The notes below the pieces were generated by a model, which made no database searches, was not told the DNA's origin, and was given only the letters and a program-made list of their open reading frames with translations. 64,000 nucleotides of DNA, taken from positions 271,451 to 335,450 of the forward strand of contig JAQUNI010000001.1 of the NCBI GenBank assembly GCA_028717685.1. Reading direction: 5' to 3'. A program made the translations under genes and the position numbers. How positions within the stretch are numbered: position 1 is the first letter of the stretch; each line of letters begins with the position of its first letter. Origin of the DNA: Patescibacteria group bacterium. GTDB taxonomy: Bacteria > Patescibacteriota > JAQUNI01. This document shows, in pieces, positions 1 through 8,768 of this stretch.

Positions 1-18
1 GTTTTTAGAAGCCCTTTT

Positions 19-633
19 TTATTTATCTGGCACTTTGAACATTTTTCCATGTCCAGGAATAATATAATCTGCTATCCCTATGATTCTTTGCCGACTTTTT
101 CTCAATGCCCTTGCGTCCTTCATATAGGGATCCTTGTGGTTAATTAAGCTTACCTCGTCAGTTTCTTGCTTTTGCCCTGCCTGCCACCAAAAAAGATCAC
201 CGGCAATGACCACTTTGCCCCATTCCTTTGTCTTCACTAAAACCGAACAATGAAAGGGATCGTGCCCCGGCGTTCTGATGAGTTTAACATCCATACCCGG
301 AATTTTCCCTCTGTGTTCTCCTATCTTGCCATCCCAGGAATAAACATTACTGTCGTCCCAAACTTGCGCTTTCCGAAAAATAGCGGTTAAAAGAGCGTGG
401 TCTAAATGATAGTGGGTTAAAATAACATAATGGATCTTTTCTGGAGAAAGTTTTTCGCGCTTTAAAGCTTTTAGCAGGGATTTCCTGTCCATACCCGGAT
501 CCACGACAATATTAACGTTCTTCTCCTGAATTAAAGTGGCGGTTGAGGAGGCAAATTCCACTCCTTTTTTTTCTTTGGCATAACCTTGGACTAAAATTTT
601 AATTGCGGGCATAAGTTTTAAGAGGTTAATCAT
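19..633 (-). CDS. MBL-fold metallo-hydrolase (beta-lactamase-like)
   Basis: Complete 204-aa ORF. It has the HxHxDH zinc motif (LTHYHLDH) and downstream His/Asp residues typical of the metallo-beta-lactamase fold. Confidence 0.75.
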   Translation of the reverse strand: MINLLKLMPAIKILVQGYAKEKKGVEFASSTATLIQEKNVNIVVDPGMDRKSLLKALKREKLSPEKIHYVILTHYHLDHALLTAIFRKAQVWDDSNVYSWDGKIGEHRGKIPGMDVKLIRTPGHDPFHCSVLVKTKEWGKVVIAGDLFWWQAGQKQETDEVSLINHKDPYMKDARALRKSRQRIIGIADYIIPGHGKMFKVPDK

Positions 634-644
634 AAAAAAAATAA

Positions 645-1613
645 TCAGGCAAGTCTGCGCTTCTTTTGATGATAATATTCGCTGAAAAGGAAAATCAAAG
701 CCACCAGAACCAACAGACTAATTAAACTAAAAGCGAAACCGCCAAGCATTAAGATTACTGAATCATGAGCGCCGATGCTCTTCATTTCCAACGCATTCTG
801 ATGAAGCAAAACATTTCTTAAATCTTCGGATAGAAACCCTAAAATTAAAAGCGGCAGCAGGCTTAAGGCATTATGGATGAAGTGGTTCAAGACCGCCCAA
901 GAAAAACCATAGCGGATCCGCACAAAACCAAGCACTAATCCTAAGAAAAACTGGGGGGTAACCAGCAGCGGAATAAGAAACCAAATCTGGCTCAATTTTG
1001 TGTAGTTAAAAATATGTAATGAGGCGAAAATCAAGCTGGAGCCATAATATATCCATTGAAAATTTCTCGCGTAAAATTTTTCCGCGCGGCTTTGCTTCAC
1101 AAACTTTTTCAAAACGGAACTTAAAAGAAAACCAACTATTAAAATGAAGGAAAAATAGAAGACAAGACCACGCCAGGAAGTTAAATCAAAAACCCACGGC
1201 GGGAGCAATTTGAAAACCCGCGAAAATAAATAATCACAAACCAACATCAGAAGGAAAACAAGAGAAAAACCTAATTTGTAAGGAGAGTAGCGAAGCCCCA
1301 GCCGAAAAGTCATCTCTTCCGCCAAAGGCGCCCAAAATGCGGCAAATAAAAATAATAAAAAAATCTTCCTTTCTAAAATAAACTGCGTCAGTAAATGATT
1401 TTTTTCGTCATAACCGGCAAGGTTCAGCAAAACCGTAATCACAATGCCCAAAACCATAGCAATTAAGATGGCGAAAGACCAAAGCTTAAAAACGTCCCAA
1501 AATTTGGCTCGTGTTTTCTTTTGAATCAGGCGGATTTGATAACTGGGATGAATAATGAAATGCAAAAAGGACGCGAGAAGACTGGTATTTTCATCCTGAT
1601 TTTGAGTGTTCAT
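645..1613 (-). CDS. CPBP-family intramembrane metalloprotease (CAAX protease-like)
   Basis: 322-aa polytopic membrane protein. It carries the three CPBP motifs: EExxxR (AEEMTFR), FxxxH (FASLHIF) and HxxxN (HFIHNAL). Confidence 0.65.
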   Translation of the reverse strand: MNTQNQDENTSLLASFLHFIIHPSYQIRLIQKKTRAKFWDVFKLWSFAILIAMVLGIVITVLLNLAGYDEKNHLLTQFILERKIFLLFLFAAFWAPLAEEMTFRLGLRYSPYKLGFSLVFLLMLVCDYLFSRVFKLLPPWVFDLTSWRGLVFYFSFILIVGFLLSSVLKKFVKQSRAEKFYARNFQWIYYGSSLIFASLHIFNYTKLSQIWFLIPLLVTPQFFLGLVLGFVRIRYGFSWAVLNHFIHNALSLLPLLILGFLSEDLRNVLLHQNALEMKSIGAHDSVILMLGGFAFSLISLLVLVALIFLFSEYYHQKKRRLA

Positions 1614-1748
1614 CTTAGAATAAGAGAGAATTTATATAAGTTCATTCTACCATTAAAGCACGGCATTGAAAACAAAAAAGCGCCAAAATTTTGGCGCGTG
1701 CAAAGCAAAGTTTTGTTTATCTCCGCTCCAAAATTTTGGCGCGGGGGT

Positions 1749-4700
1749 TTACCTCATAATGATCATCTTTTTAAAAGCGGCAAAACCTCCCGCCTGAAAA
1801 GTATAAAAATAAATGCCGCTTCCCACCCTTTCTCCTTTTTCATTTTGACCATCCCAATAAGCCGCCTTATCCGGACCTGTATAAAATCCGGCGCGTTTGC
1901 GCCCCAACGGGAGTGCGCGCACAAGCTCCCCTGCTGTCGTGTAAATCATAATTTCTACATTTGCTTCGTCCCTCAATTCATAAGGAATCCACGTTTCCCC
2001 ATTAAAAGGATTAGGGTAATTTTGACCCATACTGTTATCTTGAGCAATGGTGGAAGTAGAGGGAGAATCAGGAATAGATGAGTCTTGAACCGCTGAAGGT
2101 TCTGCTTTGAACACACTCCCTGTTAAAAAAGTCTGTTCAAATGTACCATCGCCATTCGTATCCATCTGGATAGTTACTCCTTTCTCACCCGCGGCTGAAG
2201 CCTCCCAATTAATGGAATACTGATGCACTGCACCCTCGGCAATGTGGATATCCAAGGTATTAAAAATGATCGGATTCAGTCCCTCCTCCTTAAGCAGGGT
2301 AACTTCTAATTGATAATCGCCCTCGCGCGCGCCTACCACCTGAAATTGATATTCCCCCTTTGGATCAGACAAAACCACAGTTTGAGCTGCTTCTGGACCG
2401 TAATAGCCAGTGTAATAAGAATGAGGAATGTCTGTCAGAATACTACCAGCGCCCGTATAATTCCCTTCCGCGTCAATAACTTTAAGCTTGACCACTCCCC
2501 GAGCAGTAAGAGCGATATGAGGAGATTTTGGAACAGAAAAGCATTGCCAAGAACTGACCTTGCCGCCCACGATTTCTATGACCCGAAAACCGAAATCACC
2601 TTTCGTAGCGCTCGCGGTCTGCAGAAAATAAGGATCAAAGGAACCTAGCTCTTCTATCTGGCTGCCCTCGGCGTCAAAATTTTGATTTTGATGCGTATGA
2701 CCACTTAAAACTAACTGCACATTATATAATTTGCAGTAAGTAAGGAAAGGATCACGGAAGTTTGCAATCGCGGCGTCTTCATATTCTCCGCCGGTTCTCT
2801 CTCCTTTATCTTTTCTTCCAGTGAAAACCGGATGGTGCATAAAGATAATTTTTTTACTCTCTTTCTTAAAACGAGTGAGCGCAGAAATTTGGGCGTCCGC
2901 TAAGCCATTTCCTTCAGGACCCAAATCCTTTAGGTTCACTTTTTGCCAGTCGCCTGCTTCCAAGTCTAGCGCGAAATCTTCTCCTGAATCTAAACCGATA
3001 AAAAGATAGTTTTGATATTCAAACGAGAAGTTATCATAGCGCGATTCAAAATTGGCAATAAGCGGTTTGACCCCTAGATTTTCCAGATAAGGATAAGTTC
3101 CTTGATGATAGCTTCGCAACATATCATCCCCAAAACCTAAAAATCCGGAAACTGGCGCGCCATACCAAGTGTAGCGGTCATGATTGCCAGGCACAAAGTA
3201 AACTGGAATGCCGCTACCCTTGGTAAAGGTATCGATAAAGGAGATAAAGGTCGCAAACCATTCGTTTTTACTATATTCCACATTATCGCCACTTATTAAA
3301 ACAAAGGCTGGCTTCGGGTCTAAAGTGTTGATCTTTTCCAAGGTCAGGGCAAAATTGCAGTAAGACTTTTCTTCCGACCAGTCAAAGTTATTGCCGCCAA
3401 TATGAACATCGGTGATATGGACAAAGGAAAATGGCGCAGATAATGGAGGAGTATTACCAAAACGGAAAATGAATAAACCATCATAACCCGCCAAATAAAT
3501 ATAACCCCCTGCGGCACAAACCTGTCTTGCCGCTTTGGACGCATTATGAAAACCTATCTCTTGAGGATTGGCTTTGTCTCTAAGATCAATAATCCGCAGT
3601 CCTCCCCTATAATCCGCGAGATAAGCAAAATAATCATCCACATCCACAGCGTAAGCTTCACCGGGAGTATCTAGAGACCCCACAAGGCGCGGCGCTACAG
3701 GGTTGGCAACATCCAAAATCTTAAAACCCGCTCTCCAATCCGCCACGTAAGCATAAGAACCCTCTACCCGCACATCATTTGCAGAAGAAGTGGAATAAAA
3801 TCCCACTTCTTTAGGACTAGAAGGATCAGAAACATCAATAATCCTTAAACCCAGGCGAGAATCCGCCAGATAAATATAATCACCGGAAAGGTATATTCCA
3901 CTGATGCTGCACGAAATTCTGCAAACACTGACAATCCACGGCTTCTTAGGATTCGCGATATCAATAATAAGGAGCGAACAGCCGCTAACCACATAGGCAT
4001 AACCGCCTTGAACATAGACTCTATTAATATCTTGAGAAGCCTGCACCAAAGCGAGAGACTGGGGATCTGCCGGTTGGCTAATATCCACTATTTCTAACCC
4101 TTTATACCGTTTAGCTAAAAACAGAAGCGAATCCATTCCCGCGATGGCTTCAATGTCGTCAAGAACACTGTGACGAGCAATCTCTCGCGGTTCACTAGGA
4201 TCAGAAATATCCAAAATCCGCAACCCGAAACCCTCGCTGGCAACATAGGCGTAACCCTCGTGGACATAAACATCGGTAAATCTGCCGGCTGTGTCATAAT
4301 GCCCAACCTCTTGGGGATTCTTCGGATCAGCAATATTGATAATCCTCAACCCAGCGTTTTCACTGCCCACGTAAGCGAAATTACCATCAACCCAGACGCC
4401 GCGCGCGAATCCTGGCGCGACAAAAAAACCCATCTCTTGGGGATTTTCGGGGCGCGTTACATCAATAATCCGCAAGCCTTGATCTTGGTCGGCAACATAG
4501 GCATATTGTCCTCTCACAAAGACAGCAGAAACATACGCCGCAGATAAGGAACAAGAAGCGAGTTTCCGAGGCGAAAAGGGGTTAGCAATATCTATAACCA
4601 TTAAACCGTAATCGTTATAAAGCACATAGGCGCAATTTCCTTCTATAACCACACTCCAAAAACGCGCTCCAAAATTACCACTGCCTACAAGACGAGGGTT

Positions 4701-5261
4701 CTTGGGATCAGAAATATCAACAACCTTTAGTCCCTCCTTGTCTGCCGCGACATAAGCATACTGACCCGCAACCTTTACATCAGAGGCAAAGGTACTAAAA
4801 AATCCAATCTCCAGAGGATTTCCAGGGTCGGAAACGTCAATAATTCTCAAACCCCCTTCGCTGTTAGCAAGATAAACATAATGGCCGGCAACATCAATCC
4901 CGTCCGCGTAACCCGACAGATGTAAAACAGCAATCTCCCGGGGGTTGTTATGTTCAGAAACATCAATAATCCTAAGCCCTGCTACCCAATCAGCTAAATA
5001 CACTAAGTTTCCCCGGACGCAAATGTCTTTCGGCATAGAACCAAGATACAGTCTGCCCACCTCCACCGGCTGCCGAGGTTCTATAATATCTAAGATCACC
5101 AAAGCCTCACCCGCGCTCAAATAGCAGTAATCGCCCGCCACGCACACATCATACGCTGTCCCTAAACCCCACCTTGCTACCAATTCCACATTTTCTCCCA
5201 CAACGCAATTCACAAAGCAAAACAGAATCAAAAATACTATTCCTAAAAGCATCCGTTTCAT
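1749..5261 (-). CDS. Giant secreted multidomain protein. N-terminal signal peptide, about 12 LVIVD-type beta-propeller repeats, a calcineurin-like metallophosphoesterase domain, and a C-terminal Por/T9SS-type sorting-domain-like beta-sandwich.
   Basis: 1170-aa ORF. The signal peptide is MKRMLLGIVFLILFCFVNCVVG. The repeats have the form 'GLRIIDVSDPxxP..G'. Phosphoesterase motifs GDNVEYS, GNHD and GHTHQ are present. The C-terminus (NYPNPFNGETWIPYEL...VEIMIYTTAGELV...GIYFYTF) resembles the TIGR04183 C-terminal sorting domain. Confidence 0.75.
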   Translation of the reverse strand: MKRMLLGIVFLILFCFVNCVVGENVELVARWGLGTAYDVCVAGDYCYLSAGEALVILDIIEPRQPVEVGRLYLGSMPKDICVRGNLVYLADWVAGLRIIDVSEHNNPREIAVLHLSGYADGIDVAGHYVYLANSEGGLRIIDVSDPGNPLEIGFFSTFASDVKVAGQYAYVAADKEGLKVVDISDPKNPRLVGSGNFGARFWSVVIEGNCAYVLYNDYGLMVIDIANPFSPRKLASCSLSAAYVSAVFVRGQYAYVADQDQGLRIIDVTRPENPQEMGFFVAPGFARGVWVDGNFAYVGSENAGLRIINIADPKNPQEVGHYDTAGRFTDVYVHEGYAYVASEGFGLRILDISDPSEPREIARHSVLDDIEAIAGMDSLLFLAKRYKGLEIVDISQPADPQSLALVQASQDINRVYVQGGYAYVVSGCSLLIIDIANPKKPWIVSVCRISCSISGIYLSGDYIYLADSRLGLRIIDVSDPSSPKEVGFYSTSSANDVRVEGSYAYVADWRAGFKILDVANPVAPRLVGSLDTPGEAYAVDVDDYFAYLADYRGGLRIIDLRDKANPQEIGFHNASKAARQVCAAGGYIYLAGYDGLFIFRFGNTPPLSAPFSFVHITDVHIGGNNFDWSEEKSYCNFALTLEKINTLDPKPAFVLISGDNVEYSKNEWFATFISFIDTFTKGSGIPVYFVPGNHDRYTWYGAPVSGFLGFGDDMLRSYHQGTYPYLENLGVKPLIANFESRYDNFSFEYQNYLFIGLDSGEDFALDLEAGDWQKVNLKDLGPEGNGLADAQISALTRFKKESKKIIFMHHPVFTGRKDKGERTGGEYEDAAIANFRDPFLTYCKLYNVQLVLSGHTHQNQNFDAEGSQIEELGSFDPYFLQTASATKGDFGFRVIEIVGGKVSSWQCFSVPKSPHIALTARGVVKLKVIDAEGNYTGAGSILTDIPHSYYTGYYGPEAAQTVVLSDPKGEYQFQVVGAREGDYQLEVTLLKEEGLNPIIFNTLDIHIAEGAVHQYSINWEASAAGEKGVTIQMDTNGDGTFEQTFLTGSVFKAEPSAVQDSSIPDSPSTSTIAQDNSMGQNYPNPFNGETWIPYELRDEANVEIMIYTTAGELVRALPLGRKRAGFYTGPDKAAYWDGQNEKGERVGSGIYFYTFQAGGFAAFKKMIIMR

Positions 5262-5370
5262 AACGAACCCTCCTTAATAAAAATATACCAAGAATACTAG
5301 AATCCCTTTCTATATTTTCACAATAATTTGTCAAAGGACCTTTTCAAAAAATAAGATTCTGAAATTTTAC

Positions 5371-5847
5371 TTAAATATTCAGCCTCCAAATGGAAAAATT
5401 CAATATGGCTGCGAAACTTACCCAAAGTATATAGGGTAAAAGCAAAAGTCCGGCAACGCGGCTGATGCGGTAAAAAACAATAACCGTAGCTAAAATGGAA
5501 AGCCACAAAATAAGAATTTCCAGAAAGGCTATTTGGGGAGAATGCAAGCCAAAAAATAAACTTGACCACAAAACATTGAGCATAAGCTGCCCAAAAAAGA
5601 TGGAAAGCGCCCTCTCCCTTTCTCTACCCCCGCCCTTTTGCCAAACTAAATATAATGCAATCCCCATTAAGAGAAAAAGCGTGGTCCAAGCTGGCGCAAA
5701 AACCCAATTCGGCGGAGAAAAGCTGGGTTTGACCAGAGAAGCGTACCACCCCGGAATCGCCGGCATAGTAAAAAGCGAACCTAGAACTCCCACCCCTTGG
5801 CAAACCACGACAGAAACGATAAGTTGAACAATCTTTTTACTTCGCAT
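5371..5847 (-). CDS. tspO: TspO/MBR family tryptophan-rich sensory protein
   Basis: 158 aa with five TM helices. The Trp-rich conserved stretches (PGWYASLVKPSFSPPNWVFAPAWTTLF) are typical of TspO/MBR. Confidence 0.8.
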   Translation of the reverse strand: MRSKKIVQLIVSVVVCQGVGVLGSLFTMPAIPGWYASLVKPSFSPPNWVFAPAWTTLFLLMGIALYLVWQKGGGRERERALSIFFGQLMLNVLWSSLFFGLHSPQIAFLEILILWLSILATVIVFYRISRVAGLLLLPYILWVSFAAILNFSIWRLNI

Positions 5848-5993
5848 ATTTTTATTTCCCTTACGATTAATTTTTAAAAAATTAAACTAATGTTTCTTGC
5901 ACTATTGCTAATTATTATATTTTATGTTATGATAATATGTTCGTCTTAAACCACAGAGCTGGCATTATAACACAAAAAAGGAGAGATTTAGCT

Positions 5994-6347
5994 ATGGAAG
6001 AAAGATTGCAAAAAGTTCCGGCATTGAAAATTGTTCTTTCTATTTTTTTCGTCATTGTCTTGACAGGGCTACCCATCCTGCACATCTCACACGCGCCGAG
6101 AATAGAAATTAATCCAATAAAGAAGGTTGTAAATTCAATTGTTGTCGCTATCGCCTTCATCCTTACTTACGGCATAGGGTTTGTGGTGATTATTAAAGAC
6201 ATCATCAACAAATTCCGAAGGAAAAAAGTGAATAACGAAAGTTTCTTTGTTATTTGGATCCTCTTCTGTGTGGGCGTTCCTATTCTATATATGCTTTTGG
6301 GAACAATTTGGGGTAGGTTAGATCTAAGTGCGCTTTTTGACTGGTAG
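5994..6347 (+). CDS. Small polytopic membrane protein (hypothetical)
   Basis: The ORF has an RBS-like AAGGAGAG upstream of ATG at 5994 and hydrophobic helices. A hairpin followed by a T-tract lies directly after the stop. Confidence 0.45.
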   Translation: MEERLQKVPALKIVLSIFFVIVLTGLPILHISHAPRIEINPIKKVVNSIVVAIAFILTYGIGFVVIIKDIINKFRRKKVNNESFFVIWILFCVGVPILYMLLGTIWGRLDLSALFDW

Positions 6348-6348
6348 C

Positions 6349-6378
6349 CCAATCCGTACATAAGTACGGATTTTTTTA
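6349..6378 (+). terminator. Rho-independent terminator
   Basis: ATCCGTAC-ATAA-GTACGGAT hairpin followed by TTTTTTTATT. Confidence 0.6.
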
Positions 6379-6571
6379 TTACCCTTCGAAGGATTTTTAA
6401 AATCTCGCGGGACGTAAATTTTTCGGAATCTATTACAAAGCTAATCAAATCTGGAGAAAAAAACAACTGGATGTAAATGATCAGCTATAAAAACAAAAAG
6501 GCACTAACTCAATCCACTAAAATTTGTTATAATCAAAGAAAGAAAAATAAAAATCCTAACCGCCCAAATCT

Positions 6572-7237
6572 ATGTCCAAGAAAAAAACCATTTTTCTAAG
6601 CCTCGGCATTCTCATTGTGATTGCGGTGGTGATTTTTCTGGTCTGGTTTATCCCCAACTATCGCCGCCATCTAAAAGTGCAAGAAAAATATGGTCCTCTA
6701 CCCACAGAGGTGGAAAGGATGGCAGAAAAATATGAGGCAATGGAAGAACATCCGCAAGTGACTCCCGAACAAAAAGAGGCAACAATCAAAGAGATTGAAG
6801 CGATCGCTCATAATCTTGTAAACGGCACCAATGATATTGGCGAACCGATTCTACCACCGAATGAAATCTTTGTCAATCCTGAAGTCTGGGATGAAACAAA
6901 ATATAGCGTCACCCTTGAGCTTTACGCCGATGGTCAAACCAGTGATGTGGCAATTAAGAAAAAGATGTGGCCTATGATTGGGAGAATTTTGAAAACCCTC
7001 TACACCAGCAAACAACCCATCGGCAGAGTCGTGATCAGCGTAACCCAGAAAGATACCTCGTCTTATGAAAAGATGGTGCGCACTGAATTATTGCTCCTCT
7101 TTTTAACAGCATCTGATGTAGAAAAAGCCAAGATTAACTGGAACCAGGACGAGCAAACCCTATACTTTAATGTCTTGCCCAATACATGGGAAACAGTGAA
7201 CATTGACCCTAATTTTGCCACGGCGCAAATTGACTAA
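6572..7237 (+). CDS. Hypothetical membrane-anchored protein
   Basis: 221-aa ORF with an N-terminal TM helix (IFLSLGILIVIAVVIFLVWFI). No recognisable domain. Confidence 0.5.
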   Translation: MSKKKTIFLSLGILIVIAVVIFLVWFIPNYRRHLKVQEKYGPLPTEVERMAEKYEAMEEHPQVTPEQKEATIKEIEAIAHNLVNGTNDIGEPILPPNEIFVNPEVWDETKYSVTLELYADGQTSDVAIKKKMWPMIGRILKTLYTSKQPIGRVVISVTQKDTSSYEKMVRTELLLLFLTASDVEKAKINWNQDEQTLYFNVLPNTWETVNIDPNFATAQID

Positions 7238-7429
7238 GCCAACGCACTTTTCTTTGGTGGTTTAATTCTTATGAATTAAACTCAATATTTCCGTAAATTG
7301 TTGGCAAGGGAGGGAACCTAAACTAAAAACTATTGACAATATTGAAATATGTTGTATAATTATTAAGCTCCATTTCGTGCTGTTCCTTTCACTTTTATAA
7401 CGTATATTTTTTATTCAGGAGGGATTGAA

Positions 7430-7906
7430 ATGAAAAAGAATCTGATTTCGGTTGTTTTATTGATGTTCTTGATAATAACAATGGTGCCTATTTTTGCCAA
7501 CAGCGAAGAAACGCATTGCGCCATTAATATAGAACCTGCAAAGACTGGTACTGAAGACAAAACCCAGCTGATGATTGTTGGGGGGTATATTGATGAAACA
7601 ATACAGGACCTTTTGCCCACGACAACAATAATCGTAGAGCTGAATGGCGTCAAGATCCCTGCCGAGATCCACGAAAATATGACATACACCGCGACATTTA
7701 TAACATTCGGAGGATATGTCGCAGGGGTTGGCGATGCTGTGACTATATCTATGGATAAGAATGGGGTAGAGTTGTTTTCAAAAAAGCATATTCTGACCCA
7801 AACGGAGATCAATGAAAAGAATTGTATAATTGATCTCGGGCTTTCATCCACAGCTACATCCCCCCTAAAAATTTGCCCCACAACTTGGGGAGCGCTAAAA
7901 AGATGA
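7430..7906 (+). CDS. Hypothetical secreted protein
   Basis: A GGAGGG RBS sits 8 nt upstream of the ATG. Signal peptide is MKKNLISVVLLMFLIITMVPIFA. The overlapping antisense ORF 7411..7962 was rejected. Confidence 0.55.
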   Translation: MKKNLISVVLLMFLIITMVPIFANSEETHCAINIEPAKTGTEDKTQLMIVGGYIDETIQDLLPTTTIIVELNGVKIPAEIHENMTYTATFITFGGYVAGVGDAVTISMDKNGVELFSKKHILTQTEINEKNCIIDLGLSSTATSPLKICPTTWGALKR

Positions 7907-7983
7907 TTTCTGGATAAAAAATATTTTCCTAGGTTGTAACGATTTTTAATTCGGAGGTACAAAATAGTTCAAGACGCAAAGCT

Positions 7984-8015
7984 GAGGCAGTGACCATACT
8001 GCCTTTTTTATTTTT
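7984..8015 (+). terminator. Rho-independent terminator
   Basis: GGCAGTGACCATACTGCC hairpin followed by TTTTTTATTTTT. Confidence 0.5.
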
Positions 8016-8109
8016 CACGATTCTAAACTTTTTATTATATTTCCTCGTAGCTTTAGGTCTTAAGACCTAAAGCTACTCCGACGAGTTGTCTCAATCAGAA
8101 TGACTTTAC

Positions 8110-8640
8110 TTATTTAAACACAATCGGGATTTCGATCGCTGCGTCGTTTTCAGGCAGACCAGAAGGATTGTCTCGGCGCAAAATCAAAGTGCCCTTGTTA
8201 CTCACTTCAGTATTAGGTTTGGTAAATTTGATCGTGCCCTCAAAATCCACAAACTCCTCGGTCATCCATTCCCCTTTGGCTTCGGCATACCCATTGGTAA
8301 TAATTTTACCGTCCCAATCCATTAAGGACACGGGGAAGCTCCCTTCAAAATACCAAGTCCCCCGCGCTCGACCGCGCACAATTAACGGCGAGGCAATCGC
8401 CTCTCCGGGTTGCGGTGAAGTCACAACAATCATCTCATTGGTTTCCGCAGCAGGCGGGTTTGTCTCATCTCCTTCACTGTCTGATGTTGGCGGGATTGCC
8501 GTATCCTCTTCACCTTTGGGTGCAGGGGGGGTTACCTGTTGTTTTTCGCCCTGCTCACAACTTGCTCCCAAAAACAAAGAACCTGTAAGGAGCAAAAACG
8601 CCACTGTGCTAATCTTTAGGATGTTTTTTCTTTTGAGCAT
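8110..8640 (-). CDS. Secreted lipoprotein (hypothetical), Pro/Glu-rich linker plus C-terminal beta domain
   Basis: Lipobox LFLGASC follows the signal peptide. The N-terminal part is low-complexity. No confident domain call. Confidence 0.5.
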   Translation of the reverse strand: MLKRKNILKISTVAFLLLTGSLFLGASCEQGEKQQVTPPAPKGEEDTAIPPTSDSEGDETNPPAAETNEMIVVTSPQPGEAIASPLIVRGRARGTWYFEGSFPVSLMDWDGKIITNGYAEAKGEWMTEEFVDFEGTIKFTKPNTEVSNKGTLILRRDNPSGLPENDAAIEIPIVFK

Positions 8641-8768
8641 AGTTTTGTTTTGATTGGTTTGTTTAATTGCTTTTAAGTCTTTACATTAAAAATATAATGA
8701 TGGGCAAAGATATAGGCAAAAATTTATGGTTCAAATCAGGAGACCTGAATTAACAAGGATAAAAAAAC

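Noticed and set aside
1521-2081. 186-aa ORF on the + strand
   Set aside because: It overlaps the 3' end of the 1170-aa gene antisense. Its composition is basic and low-complexity, as is typical of shadow ORFs.
7411-7962. 183-aa ORF on the - strand
   Set aside because: It is antisense to the better-supported 7430..7906 ORF, which has an RBS and a signal peptide, and has no start context of its own.
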